From: an uncultured Chloroflexia bacterium
Lineage (GTDB): Bacteria > Chloroflexota > Ktedonobacteria > Ktedonobacterales > JADMIN01
Assembly: GCA_963785845.1 (NCBI GenBank)
Contig: CAWAWP010000003.1
Coordinates: 605,324 to 669,323, forward strand
Length of the DNA: 64,000 bases
Direction: 5' to 3'
Part shown: piece after piece, positions 1 through 9,077 of the stretch
Position numbering within the stretch: the first letter of the stretch is position 1
How the letters are laid out: every line of letters begins with the position of its first letter
Position numbers and translations under genes: made by a program
Notes under the pieces: model-generated
Database searches by the model: none
What the model saw: only the letters and a program-made list of their open reading frames with translations
What the model was told of the DNA's origin: nothing

Positions 1-1526
1 TCGCCATCTACCTGCCGATGCTGCCTGAGACCGTCGCCGCCACCCTCGCCTGTGGCAAACTCGGCGCGATCTTCGTCCCCATCTTCTCCGGCTACGGCGT
101 CGAGGCCGTTGCCAGCCGCCTGCAAGACAGCGGCGCCAAAGTGCTCATCACCGCCGATGCCTACGAACGCCGCGGCAACGTCGTCCACATGAAGCAGACC
201 GCCGACGCCGCCGTAGTCGAGTCCACCGCCATCGAACACATGCTCGTCGTCCGCCGCGTCGGTGACCGCGCCGGCGACGTACCGTGGCAGCCTGGCCGCG
301 ACTCCTGGTGGCACGCGGCCGTAGACGCCGCCTCGCCAGAGTTCGACACCGTGCTCACCGACGCCGAAGACCCCTACATGTTGATCTACACCTCCGGCAC
401 CACCGGCAAGCCCAAGGGCGCCGTCCACGTCCACTGCGGCTTCCCCATCAAGGGCGCGCAAGACATGGCGCACCTCTTCGACGTGCAAGAAGACGACACC
501 CTCTTCTGGCTCACCGACCTTGGCTGGATGATGGGACCCTGGGCAATCTCCGGCGCGCTGATGCTCGGCGCCACGCTCGCCCTCTACGAAGGCACGCCCG
601 ACTATCCCGCGCCCGATCGCCTCTGGGATGTTGCCCAGCGCCACGGCGTCAGTGTCATGGGCATCGCCCCCACCGTCGTCCGCTCGCTGATGACCGCTGG
701 CGATGAACACGTCACCAAGCATGACCTCAGCAAACTCCGCGTCCTCGGCGCCAGTGGCGAACCCTGGAACTCCGCCCCGTGGCACTGGGCCTTCGAGGTC
801 GTCGGCGGCGGACGCTGTCCCATCATCAACTACTCCGGCGGCACCGAGATCTCCGGCGGCATCGTCGGCTGCACCACCATCATGCCCATCAAGCCCTGCT
901 CCTTCGCCGGACCCGTCCCCGGCATCGCCGCCGACGTGGTGGACGACGCCGGCCATCCCGTGCGCGGCCAGGTCGGCGAGCTCGTCATCCGCCAGCCCTG
1001 GCCCGGCATGACGCGCGGCTTCTGGCACGACCCCGCCCGCTACGAAAGCGCCTACTGGAGCCGCTTCCCCGGCCTCTGGGTGCATGGCGACTGGGCTGCC
1101 ATCGACGCCGACGGCTTCTGGTACATCCTTGGCCGCTCCGACGACACCATCAAAGTCGCCGGCAAGCGGCTCGGCCCCGCCGAAGTCGAATCCGCCGCCG
1201 TCGCGCATCCCGCCGTCGCCGAAGCCGCCGCCGTCGGCATTCCTCACGAGATCAAGGGCGAGGCCGTCGCCGTCTTCGTCGTCCTGCGCCCCGCCATCGC
1301 GCCCTCCGACGCCCTGCGCGACGAGATCAAAGCCGAGGTCGTCAAAGCCCTCGGCCCCGCGCTCAAGCCCGATCGCGTTCTCTTCGTCCGCCAGCTTCCC
1401 AAGACGCGCAACGGCAAAGTGCTCCGCCGCCTGATCCGCGCGCGCTACCTTGGCACAAGCAACCTCGGCGATCTCTCCTCCCTCGAAAGCCCCGAAGCCC
1501 TCGAAGCGATCGCGCTCGCCCAGTGA
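1..1526 (+). CDS. AMP-forming acyl-CoA/acetyl-CoA synthetase family protein, 5' end cut by window edge
   Basis: The frame stays open to nt 3 (AIYLPMLPETVAATLACGKLGAIFVPIFSG). It carries the AMP-binding signature YTSGTTGKPKG, plus GDWAAIDADGFWYILGRSDDTIKVAGKRLGPAEVE and a C-terminal PKTRNGKVLRR, all typical of adenylate-forming ligases. Stop codon at 1524-1526. Confidence 0.9.
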   Translation, partial: AIYLPMLPETVAATLACGKLGAIFVPIFSGYGVEAVASRLQDSGAKVLITADAYERRGNVVHMKQTADAAVVESTAIEHMLVVRRVGDRAGDVPWQPGRDSWWHAAVDAASPEFDTVLTDAEDPYMLIYTSGTTGKPKGAVHVHCGFPIKGAQDMAHLFDVQEDDTLFWLTDLGWMMGPWAISGALMLGATLALYEGTPDYPAPDRLWDVAQRHGVSVMGIAPTVVRSLMTAGDEHVTKHDLSKLRVLGASGEPWNSAPWHWAFEVVGGGRCPIINYSGGTEISGGIVGCTTIMPIKPCSFAGPVPGIAADVVDDAGHPVRGQVGELVIRQPWPGMTRGFWHDPARYESAYWSRFPGLWVHGDWAAIDADGFWYILGRSDDTIKVAGKRLGPAEVESAAVAHPAVAEAAAVGIPHEIKGEAVAVFVVLRPAIAPSDALRDEIKAEVVKALGPALKPDRVLFVRQLPKTRNGKVLRRLIRARYLGTSNLGDLSSLESPEALEAIALAQ

Positions 1527-1625
1527 GGCGCCATGACACTCCGAATGCTCCCTGGCCCTCACGCCGCTAAGAGCCACGTCTCTCACTTAGCAAAGTCCTG
1601 CTTTGCGGCCCACTGCGCCGCACAG

Positions 1626-1634
1626 TGTTATACT
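1626..1634 (+). promoter_or_regulatory. Possible extended -10 promoter element (TGTTATACT) upstream of the FHA gene
   Basis: TGnTATACT lies in a non-coding stretch about 150 nt upstream of ATG 1785. The same TGnTATAcT-type motif recurs upstream of glgA and the bc operon. No good -35 element. Confidence 0.3.
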
Positions 1635-1784
1635 GGGTCCAAACCCAGGCGCACAAGATGGGATGCCAGATGATGAGTTTGTCTGCATGTTCGCCCCGGC
1701 CTCAAAGCGAGGGGCCGGCGATAGGCCCTCACACCTCTACCCCCCTGTGGTTAATGCTCTGGTAAACGCTCTCCGAGGTCCCGC

Positions 1785-2736
1785 ATGGCGCACCTGGTAA
1801 TCGAGACGCGCGACGGCGTGCAGCGTGTCGCCCTCGACCGCGAACGGCTCAGCATCGGGCGACTCTCCCATAACGACGTTGTGCTGCCTTTCGCCCAAAT
1901 ATCGCGCCAGCACGCCGAGCTGCGCCGCATCAACGCCCAATGGTGGATCGCCGATCTGCACAGCACCAACGGCCTCCATCTCAACGATCGCCGCATTCAA
2001 GAGCATGCCCTCCGTAGTGGCGATAGCGTCCTGCTCGCCCCCGGCATTACGCTGCTCTTCGTCGATGAAGACCCAGCCTCGCGCGCCGTCGAGTCACAGC
2101 CCACCAACTCCATCGCTTCTCCCTGGCGTGCGGGGCCGCGCCCCCCGGCCGCCAAGACTCAGCCCGCCCACCTCAGCACGCCGCCACCACCGCCGCCGCG
2201 CACCACCCTCGCCGTTTGCCGATGGCGAAGTACCCTACGTGCCGCCGGGCATGGCATCCTCGCAGCCATCCTCGCCCGCCTCATCGTCGCGGCGCACCGG
2301 GCCGCCCACGCCGAACACTGGCTCGCGTTCACGCACATCGCCACCCGTGCCGCGGGTCGGCGTGCCTTCGAGGGCGCTGCCACCGCGCCTGCCAAGCAGC
2401 CCGCTCGGCGGAGAAGCCTCGCAGAGCGGCTATCCCGTCCCCAGCGGACCCCTGGTCGGCGGTGGTGGCGACGATCCCTATCGTCGCGGCGCACCCGCCG
2501 GAGAACAGGCCACCGAGGCCGGAGGGCATCCCTCCAAGCTGCTCCACGTCTGCCAGACCTGCGGCCAGCTCACCGCGCCCGACGCGATCCTCTGCCAGAA
2601 CTGCCGTCAGCCGATCGCCCGTGAGTGCCCGATCTGCGGCCTCAATCTCCTGCCCGTCCTCGATCGCTGCCCGCGCTGCCATACGCCAAATCAGGCGTAT
2701 GTTGGCCGCACGCATCAAGGGCGTTCGTCGTCGTAG
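1785..2736 (+). pseudogene. FHA-domain protein with C-terminal double zinc ribbon; reading frame broken once (apparent 1-nt indel around nt 2170-2215)
   Basis: The FHA core lies in the frame of nt 1785 (LSIGRLSHNDVVLPFAQISRQHAEL...WIADLHSTNGLHLNDRRI...GDSVLLAPGITLLF) and decays into Arg-rich nonsense after STPPPPPP. The frame of nt 1825 becomes protein-like at the same place (PFADGEVPYVPPGMASSQPSSP...) and ends in CQTCGQ/CQNCRQ/CPICGL/CPRCH ribbons, with a stop at 2734-2736. GAGG sits 8 nt upstream of ATG 1785. Confidence 0.65.
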
Positions 2737-2902
2737 CGCCGGCGCCTCGCACGTTCGAAGTGCTCTTGACGCGAAGGCATTTTGACGTTTACGCTGCCCC
2801 AGGCATACAATAGACCAACGCGAGCGGCCCGCTTGATTGGGCGCGACGCGGCAAGCCCAGAGTGCGATGCAACAGCCATTTATCAGGGAGGCGTGGTCAC
2901 AC

Positions 2903-3160
2903 ATGGCACCGACCGCAGATCAGACTCTGCCAGAAATCGTCTCGCGGCCATCGCTGCTCTCGCTGGGCAGCCATGCCGCGTTGATCCAGCGCGGGCTCGT
3001 CCGTGCTGAGATGGAGAGCGACAGCCTGGATGACGATCTCGACGACGACGATGATGATGACCTCGACGACGATCTAGACGATGACGACCTCGACGACGAC
3101 GATTTCGATGACGACGATGATGATGACGACCTCGAAGAGGATGACGAAGAGACCGAGTAG
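2903..3160 (+). CDS. Small protein with extreme poly-Asp/Glu C-terminal tail (hypothetical)
   Basis: The ORF ends ...SDSLDDDLDDDDDDDLDDDLDDDDLDDDDFDDDDDDDDLEEDDEETE. GGGAGG lies 11 nt upstream of ATG 2903 (an alternative upstream start is 2837). It lies 50 nt upstream of the next same-strand gene. Confidence 0.5.
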   Translation: MAPTADQTLPEIVSRPSLLSLGSHAALIQRGLVRAEMESDSLDDDLDDDDDDDLDDDLDDDDLDDDDFDDDDDDDDLEEDDEETE

Positions 3161-3210
3161 CCCAATACCCGTCGCCGCGACTCAAGTCTCCGCGCCAGCG
3201 GGAGTGCCGC

Positions 3211-5451
3211 ATGACCCAGCCCACACCGGCCACACTGCTCCGGCTGCGTGAGGCCGATGTTGTGCGCTTCTGCGGCCTCGCCGCCGCCGCCTCTGGTCTC
3301 GAACTTGATACACGCCGCGCCGTCCGCCAGGCGAGCCGCGATGGCGCGTGCCTGGCCGGCGTGGTCGAAGACGGTGGTTCACTCCAGGTCTGGTGGGAGC
3401 ACCCTCCCGCAGGAGGCCCAGCCGCGCCGCGCTGGCGCTGTGACCGGGATGCTCCCACCGGGTCGACCCCTTCGCTCTGCTGCGCGCACATCGCCGCCCT
3501 GCTGACGTCGTGGATGCGCGCTCCTAGCGACTTCACCGCGCCCGCCCAGGCGCCGCTCCCCTCAGCCGACCAACCCGCCGCCGAGCCAAAACGCGTCCGC
3601 CAGCCAGCGCTCCTCTCCGAACCCCCTGCCAGCGTCGCTCCCACCAGCCTCCACGAGCTGCTCCAGCGGCTTGCCCCCGACGATTTGGCCGCGCTAGCCC
3701 GCCGTGTCCTCGGCGACGAGCCGCACGAGCGCGAGGCCCGCGCCGAGCTTGAGCGCCGCCTAAGCAATCCCGCCTCCCTCGCCGCGCTGGTCGAGCGCCT
3801 GGAGCGGACCCCACGCGAGGTCTTTGCCGGGTTGGCGCTGCTCGGCGGCGTCGCCACCGCGGCGGACCTCGATGGGTGGGCCCAGCGGGCGAGCCAGGCT
3901 CCCAGCGTCTACCGCGCCGCCGCGACGACTCTCCAGCGCAACGGCCTGCTCTTCCCCGCGATTGGTGGACCCGCCGCGCAGCCCGCTCATGGTCACGGCT
4001 GGCGCGACGTCAAGGGATGGCGCATCCCCGCCGAGGTTCGCGCCGCCTACACCCCCAGGCTGCCGCTGGATGAACTGCCTCAGGGCGGCACGTCGGGGCA
4101 ACCGCTACTCGCCGCACAAGGGCAGGCTCCGCGCGCAGCGCCACGCGTCGAGGCCGGCACGGCAAGGGCGCTCTGCTCCGCACTGGCGCTGCTGGCCCGC
4201 GCCCCAGCCCCGGCGAATCCGTTGGCGTCCGCGCAGCCGCACGTGGCTGCTCCGAGCCACAGCCATGCCATCGCTCTGCCGCTGGTCGGGGCGCCCGCCG
4301 ATCTCCCGCAAGCGACGCAGGCCGAGGTGGCGCGTGCCGCCGCGTTGCCGCCCGCGCTGCTGGCACTGGCCCGCCGCGTGATGCTCTGGGGCCGCGACGC
4401 TGGCGTGTCACTCGACCTCGCGACGCTGCCCCACGCCGAATGGCCGGTGGCGCTGCGGCTGGGTTTCCAGCTCTGGCGCGACGCCGAAACACCTTTCGAG
4501 CTGGCCGATCTCGCGTTGGGAGGCGTGGTGCGCGCTGGGTTCGACACCACCTCGCCGGCGTTTCGCCCCGCCGCCGTCGCCGCCGAGATACGCGACGGAC
4601 GCGCCTTCGTCGTGCGTGCGCTCGCCATGGCGCGCCCCGGCGCCTGGTACGCCCTCGACGCCTTCGTCGACCTCCTTTGGCGGGTGAATCCACTCTTCCT
4701 GCGCGTTCGGCAGCAGGCGTTCTCAGCGCCAGCATGGTGGCTAGAGCGTCTCGCACCGCGCCGCCCGCTGCGCCCGACCCTCCACGACGAGTGGCTCGCC
4801 GCCGAAGGTGAATACGTCCGCATGGTGGTGACGGGAGCGCTGCACTGGTGGGGCATACTGGACCTCGCTGTGGAGCCCGGAAGCCGTGTGCCACGAGCGT
4901 TTCGCCTTACCGATCTGGGCGCCTACCTGCTCGCGGAGCACGCCAACGGCTCTCCACAGACGATGGTCGCAGTGGACTGGGGACCACCAGCCCTGCTGAC
5001 CCGCGACGGTTTCCTCTCGGTCCACCCGCTCGCCGCTGGGCCAGCGCTGCTCGCGGCGCTCGATCCGTGGGCCAGCGTCGTGCGTATCGCTGGCGGGCGG
5101 CTCGTCTACGCCTTCGTGCCAGAGCGTGTCTGCGCCGCCTTCGATGAGGGCCGGACGCCTACCGCACTGGTGGCCGCCTTGCGAGCGCTTGCCAGCACCG
5201 CAAGCGCGCGCGCCGCGGAAGGGGTCGAGCGCAGGCTGGACGAGATGCGCGCGGAGTACGGCACGGCTCGCCTCTACAGCGGATGGGCGTTGATCGAGGG
5301 GCGGGATGAGGCAACGCTGGCCGAGGCGCTGGCAGCCTCCCCTGCTGTCGCCGCGCGGATGCGACGGCTGGCCCCGACGGTCGCGCTGGCTGCGCCGGCT
5401 GACGCTGCCACGTTCGAGGCGATACTGCGACGACGGGGACTGGCGGTTTAG
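3211..5451 (+). CDS. Hypothetical 746-aa protein, SWIM-like zinc-finger N-terminus, C-terminal helicase-associated-like module
   Basis: Long ORF with normal Ala/Leu/Arg-rich high-GC composition. It has the SWIM-like element WRCDRDAPTGSTPSLCCAHIAALLTSW. Its C-terminal ~110 aa align by eye with the C-terminus of the next ORF (...ATL..LA.P.....RRL.PT.AL.AP.......LRRRG). No ATPase or helicase motifs were seen. Confidence 0.7.
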   Translation: MTQPTPATLLRLREADVVRFCGLAAAASGLELDTRRAVRQASRDGACLAGVVEDGGSLQVWWEHPPAGGPAAPRWRCDRDAPTGSTPSLCCAHIAALLTSWMRAPSDFTAPAQAPLPSADQPAAEPKRVRQPALLSEPPASVAPTSLHELLQRLAPDDLAALARRVLGDEPHEREARAELERRLSNPASLAALVERLERTPREVFAGLALLGGVATAADLDGWAQRASQAPSVYRAAATTLQRNGLLFPAIGGPAAQPAHGHGWRDVKGWRIPAEVRAAYTPRLPLDELPQGGTSGQPLLAAQGQAPRAAPRVEAGTARALCSALALLARAPAPANPLASAQPHVAAPSHSHAIALPLVGAPADLPQATQAEVARAAALPPALLALARRVMLWGRDAGVSLDLATLPHAEWPVALRLGFQLWRDAETPFELADLALGGVVRAGFDTTSPAFRPAAVAAEIRDGRAFVVRALAMARPGAWYALDAFVDLLWRVNPLFLRVRQQAFSAPAWWLERLAPRRPLRPTLHDEWLAAEGEYVRMVVTGALHWWGILDLAVEPGSRVPRAFRLTDLGAYLLAEHANGSPQTMVAVDWGPPALLTRDGFLSVHPLAAGPALLAALDPWASVVRIAGGRLVYAFVPERVCAAFDEGRTPTALVAALRALASTASARAAEGVERRLDEMRAEYGTARLYSGWALIEGRDEATLAEALAASPAVAARMRRLAPTVALAAPADAATFEAILRRRGLAV

Positions 5452-5468
5452 AAGCGAGAGAGGCGGGC

Positions 5469-6722
5469 ATGACGCGCGACGACGGCGACCCAATCGGCGC
5501 GCTCGGCGAGGCGGCGCGGTTGCAGCGCGACCTCTACCTCTACTGGCGCGCCGCCCGTGACGCCAACGGGCTGCTCCTCACGCCGCGCGGACACGTCGCC
5601 CGCCTGGGATTGCGCCGCGTGCGCGCCCGGCTGCATGCGCCCGACCCGCATGGCACGCCGCCGAGCGACGGGGCCGAGACCGAGGAGCCACGCCTTTACT
5701 TTGTGCGGCGGCTGCTGGAACGGCTGCGGCTGCTGCGGCTCACGGCGGACGAGCGTTCCCTGGTGGCGGCGGATGGCGGCGAGATGGGGCGCTATGTAGC
5801 GCTGCCTCTGGCCGAACGGCTGCGGCTGGCGGTGCGCCTCTGGCTGGCCGGTGGCTGGTGGCAAGATGGCACGACGCCGAGCATGCGCCCGCCGCGCATC
5901 CTGACGCCCGCGCCGCCGCGGGTCGCCGTTGCGCGCCGACGGCTGGTCGAACTGTTGCGCGAGCGTGGACCCGGCGCGACGATCACACTGCCGCCGGCTA
6001 CGCCGCTGGGGACGGCTCGTAGCGGCGCTCGAGCACCGGCGGCCACGCGCGCCCGGCCTGCCGCGGACGTTGCGGATGCCGCGGACGCCGCGGCGCGCGC
6101 CGCTTTGCTGGGTCCGCTCCGCTGGCTTGGCCTGGTTGAGCGGACGGAGGAGGATGGCGAGACGGTGACGCTCGGCCGTGCGGTGCTGGCGCTTGGCGAA
6201 GGCTCGGAGCCGATCCACCTGCCCGAACGCCACGGACCGCTCACCGCGCTGCCTAACCTGAGCGTGATCGCTTACCCTCCTTTCACCGCGCTGGAGTTGT
6301 GGCTGCTGGATTCCTGCGCCGACGAGGAAGTGTTGCAGCAGACGGCGACCTATCGTCTGAGCCGCGAGTCGTTGGCGCGGGCGCATCGCGCAGGGATGAG
6401 CGCGCAGGTCGTCGTCGAGCGGCTGGAGGCGCTACTCGGCGTTGCGCTGCCGGCCAATGTGCGGGTGACGCTGGATGATTGGATGCGCCGCGCCGCCCGC
6501 CTGCGCCTCACCCGAGATGCGGAGGTCCTCCAGGCGCAGGACGCCGCCACGCTGGACGCGATGCTGGCGGACCCGCAGGCAGGAGCATTGATCGAGCGCC
6601 GACTCTCGCCCACGTTGGCGCTACTGGCACCGGGGCGCGCGGGCGACGCGCGCGCCTGGCTGCTGCGGCGCGGCCAGCTCCCGGCGGTGGAGCGCCCAGC
6701 GGATGCGGGCGATGCACGCTGA
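5469..6722 (+). CDS. Hypothetical 417-aa protein, paralogous helicase-associated-like C-terminal module
   Basis: The start lies 17 nt after the upstream stop and has a GAGAGAGG RBS. The C-terminus (LSRESLARAHRAGMSAQVVVERLEALLGVALPANVRVTLDDWMRRAARLRL...DAATLDAMLADPQ...RRLSPTLALLAP) resembles the XPB/Ssl2 N-terminal-type helicase-associated domain pattern. This is recognised from memory and not searched. Confidence 0.65.
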   Translation: MTRDDGDPIGALGEAARLQRDLYLYWRAARDANGLLLTPRGHVARLGLRRVRARLHAPDPHGTPPSDGAETEEPRLYFVRRLLERLRLLRLTADERSLVAADGGEMGRYVALPLAERLRLAVRLWLAGGWWQDGTTPSMRPPRILTPAPPRVAVARRRLVELLRERGPGATITLPPATPLGTARSGARAPAATRARPAADVADAADAAARAALLGPLRWLGLVERTEEDGETVTLGRAVLALGEGSEPIHLPERHGPLTALPNLSVIAYPPFTALELWLLDSCADEEVLQQTATYRLSRESLARAHRAGMSAQVVVERLEALLGVALPANVRVTLDDWMRRAARLRLTRDAEVLQAQDAATLDAMLADPQAGALIERRLSPTLALLAPGRAGDARAWLLRRGQLPAVERPADAGDAR

Positions 6723-6755
6723 TACGCAGATAATGCTGCCTGGTTGCTTGCTGCA

Positions 6756-8612
6756 TCAGGGCGTAGAGGTATCGTCTTTGCCGCGGAGCATGCCATCGAG
6801 CGCCGCGGCGCGCCGCCTGCGCGCAGCGTGATCCGCCGCCGTCAGCAGGGACTCACTGGCGGGGACGGCATGGGAGACGCGCCGCCATACGACTATTAAT
6901 GTCCCCAACAGCAGCAGGGCGGCGAGCGATCCCCCCAGGATCGCCGGCCAGGGCACGCCGGTAGCTGGTGTGGGCGAGGCGTGAGCGGCTGGCGTGGGAG
7001 TGGCGTAGCGCGGCTGCGGCAGCGTCACCAGCGGATTCGGCGGCGGCGCGCCGGTCGGCCGGTAGGGGAATGGCGGGATCTGAAATGGCGGCGCGTTGGT
7101 CACGGTGAGCGCGCGGGTCAGGTGACGCGTCCCGTGGGGGCCGGTCACGGTGAGCTTTAGCGTGTAGGTTCCCGGCGTAGCGTAGGTGTGCGTCACGCTA
7201 GCACCGGTGGCAGTCGCGCCGTCGCCAAAATCCCAGGCTTCGGTGAGATCGCCAGCGCCAGATGGATCGTAGGAGGCCGAGGCGTCGAACGGTAGGGCAT
7301 TGCCGGTGAGCGTTTGGCCGAGGTCGCCGAGGGCGGCGAGTGGCGCGCCATCTGCCGCGGCCGTGCCCAAAACATCGGGCTGGCTCAGCAGCCAGGTCGT
7401 CAGCATGCCGGGAAGGGCGAGCGAGAGCGTCAACGCTGGCGCCTTCTGCGCGGTATCGTCGGCGTAGGTGTTCATTAACTGGATGGTGTCTTGCGGTCGG
7501 TCGTAGGGATAGGACCACGGCGGAGGGCTGTTGGTGTCGTAGTAGGTGGCGTTACCGGCGAAGGTGGCGCAGGGCACGCCAGCGGTAGTGAACGGGATCT
7601 GATCGCTGCCGATTCCCGTGTCGTCTTGCTGGTGGATGTTGCTGGTGTCGGCGGGGGCGAAGACAGGCTGCGCGACCGGATTGCCCGCCGCATCGCGATA
7701 GCCTAGCGTGGTATAGCCCAACGCCTGGAATTGGGCGAAGACCGCGGGGATAGCTTGGGCCATCAGGTCGCGGAAGTGGGCGATGGCGCTGAGTTGCGAG
7801 GGCGGCAGATTCGACTGATTCGGATACGCCGCGTTGCTCTGCAGCGGCGAGAGGAAGTCATCCATGGGCAATATCGGGTTGCTGGCCTTGCCAAGAAAGC
7901 GGAGTGGGTAGGCGATGCCGCTCTGTTCCTCGTTGATCATCGCTACCACACTTGAGATATCGCCATTGATGGTGTCGTTGAGGTAGTGAATCGAGCCATA
8001 GAGTCCTTGCTCTTCGGCGTCGAAGGCGACGAAACGCAGGGTGCGCGCGGGGTAGAGGTGGCGCGCATTCCAGTAGGCGGCCATCGCCCTGGCGACGCCG
8101 AGCTCGATGGCGCAGCCGCTGGCGTCGTCGTTGGCCGATTGGGTCGAGGTTGCCTCGCCATCGTAGTGGCAGCCGATGACGACCTGCTGCTCGGGGTGCG
8201 TCAGCCCCGGCACGGTCACCTCGACATTGAAGGCGGGGACGATCGCGGGTCGGTCGCGCCATCCCGGATCGCTAAAGGTGTCGTGTCGCACCGTCGCGCC
8301 GAAGCCGGCGAGATCGCGCAGCATCTCGTCGCCCCAGTAGGCGGCAAATTCATCGTGGCCGTTGCGACTCACGGGGAGATTGGCATCGAAGCCAGCCTCG
8401 CGTCGCTGGAAGTGCGTCACCATGGTGTAGAGCTGGTCATAGATGTAGGTTGGATCCACCGCCGGTAGGTCGGACGGCGCGAGGCGGGACGCTGGATTGG
8501 GCGCGGCGCTTGCCCGGGAGCCTAGCGGCGCGAGCGCGATCCCCAGCGCCACGAGCACAAGCGCGGCGCGGAGGAGGGATGCGCATGTGCGTTTGTGTTT
8601 CTCGCCTGCCAT
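6756..8612 (-). CDS. Secreted/membrane-anchored M28-family zinc aminopeptidase with PKD domain
   Basis: AAAGGAG RBS and a signal peptide (LLRAALVLVALGIALAPLGSRASA). M28 metal-ligand blocks are present: VIGCHYDGE, NDDASGCAIELG, FVAFDAEEQGLYGS. A PKD repeat (DFGDGATATGASVTHTYATPGTYTLKLTVTGPHG) is followed by a Pro-rich linker and a C-terminal TM helix. Confidence 0.85.
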   Translation of the reverse strand: MAGEKHKRTCASLLRAALVLVALGIALAPLGSRASAAPNPASRLAPSDLPAVDPTYIYDQLYTMVTHFQRREAGFDANLPVSRNGHDEFAAYWGDEMLRDLAGFGATVRHDTFSDPGWRDRPAIVPAFNVEVTVPGLTHPEQQVVIGCHYDGEATSTQSANDDASGCAIELGVARAMAAYWNARHLYPARTLRFVAFDAEEQGLYGSIHYLNDTINGDISSVVAMINEEQSGIAYPLRFLGKASNPILPMDDFLSPLQSNAAYPNQSNLPPSQLSAIAHFRDLMAQAIPAVFAQFQALGYTTLGYRDAAGNPVAQPVFAPADTSNIHQQDDTGIGSDQIPFTTAGVPCATFAGNATYYDTNSPPPWSYPYDRPQDTIQLMNTYADDTAQKAPALTLSLALPGMLTTWLLSQPDVLGTAAADGAPLAALGDLGQTLTGNALPFDASASYDPSGAGDLTEAWDFGDGATATGASVTHTYATPGTYTLKLTVTGPHGTRHLTRALTVTNAPPFQIPPFPYRPTGAPPPNPLVTLPQPRYATPTPAAHASPTPATGVPWPAILGGSLAALLLLGTLIVVWRRVSHAVPASESLLTAADHAARRRRAAALDGMLRGKDDTSTP

Positions 8613-8808
8613 GTTGGCTCCTTTCGCGCGTTGGGCGGTCCGGTCAGCGGTGGAATCGCCACTGTGACGGACGGAGGTACTGGCGATTTACGGGCCGGTG
8701 GGTGAAGCCACGCTACGGGCTGGATGCGATCGGGTCTGCCACCTACCCCCTGCCAAGCTCCCAGCGGGGGACAAGCCCCCAGGGGGGAATGGGAGGGCGC
8801 GGAGGGTC

Positions 8809-9077
8809 GTTGCCGATCTTGCCGGATTTTCATTTTTTGTGCCGGGGGTGGTGTTGCCGTTTCTGCCGTTTCTGCCGATTTTCGCGTTTTTGGCGCGGAG
8901 TGATCTTGCCGATCTTGCCGGATTTCGCGTTTTGGGAGGGCGCAGATCTTGCCGATCTTGCCGGATTTTCAATTTTGCGCACGGTACGGTTATTCTGCCG
9001 ATTCTGCCGATTCTGCCGATTCTGCCGATTCTGCCGATTCTGCCGATTCTGCCATTTCTGCCGCATTTTGGGGGGGG
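8809..9077. repeat. Modular tandem-repeat field: five modules of 9-bp repeats (about 17 copies of [ga]atcttgcc / tttctgccg / attctgccg), each closed by a T-rich tail (gattttc..ttttg)
   Basis: Read directly from the sequence. Module 8809-8843 holds 2 copies, 8851-8897 holds 3 copies, 8902-8936 holds 2 copies and 8945-8980 holds 2 copies. Module 8992-9063 holds 6 perfect copies of attctgccg plus 2 variants, followed by cattttgggggggg. The field is intergenic, between divergent genes. Confidence 0.9.

Noticed and set aside
284-1570. Long alternative-frame ORFs (284-706, 703-1011, 779-1570, 1084-1434) overlapping the acyl-CoA synthetase gene.
   Set aside because: They have the extreme Arg/Pro/Ala/Ser composition typical of off-frame translation of high-GC coding DNA. 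They have no RBS and no motifs, and the synthetase frame carries clear family signatures.
3010-3150. (GAY)n tract considered as a non-coding trinucleotide microsatellite.
   Set aside because: It is in frame within an ORF that has an RBS and a normal N-terminal half, and the pure GAC/GAT run is interrupted by Leu/Phe/Glu codons in frame. It is more consistent with a coding poly-Asp tail, though still slippage-prone.
2883-3857. 324-aa minus-strand ORF antisense to the acidic protein and SWIM-like gene, and similar long antisense ORFs (4010-4894, 4080-4856, 4741-5493, 5448-6386).
   Set aside because: These are Arg/Ser/Ala-rich mirror ORFs of the plus-strand genes with no independent signals. 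The poly-Ser run is simply the complement of the poly-Asp codons.
8992-9063. Possible CRISPR array.
   Set aside because: The repeats are only 9 bp and directly abutting, with no spacers, and there are no cas genes in the window. This is a microsatellite/minisatellite-type tandem repeat, not CRISPR.
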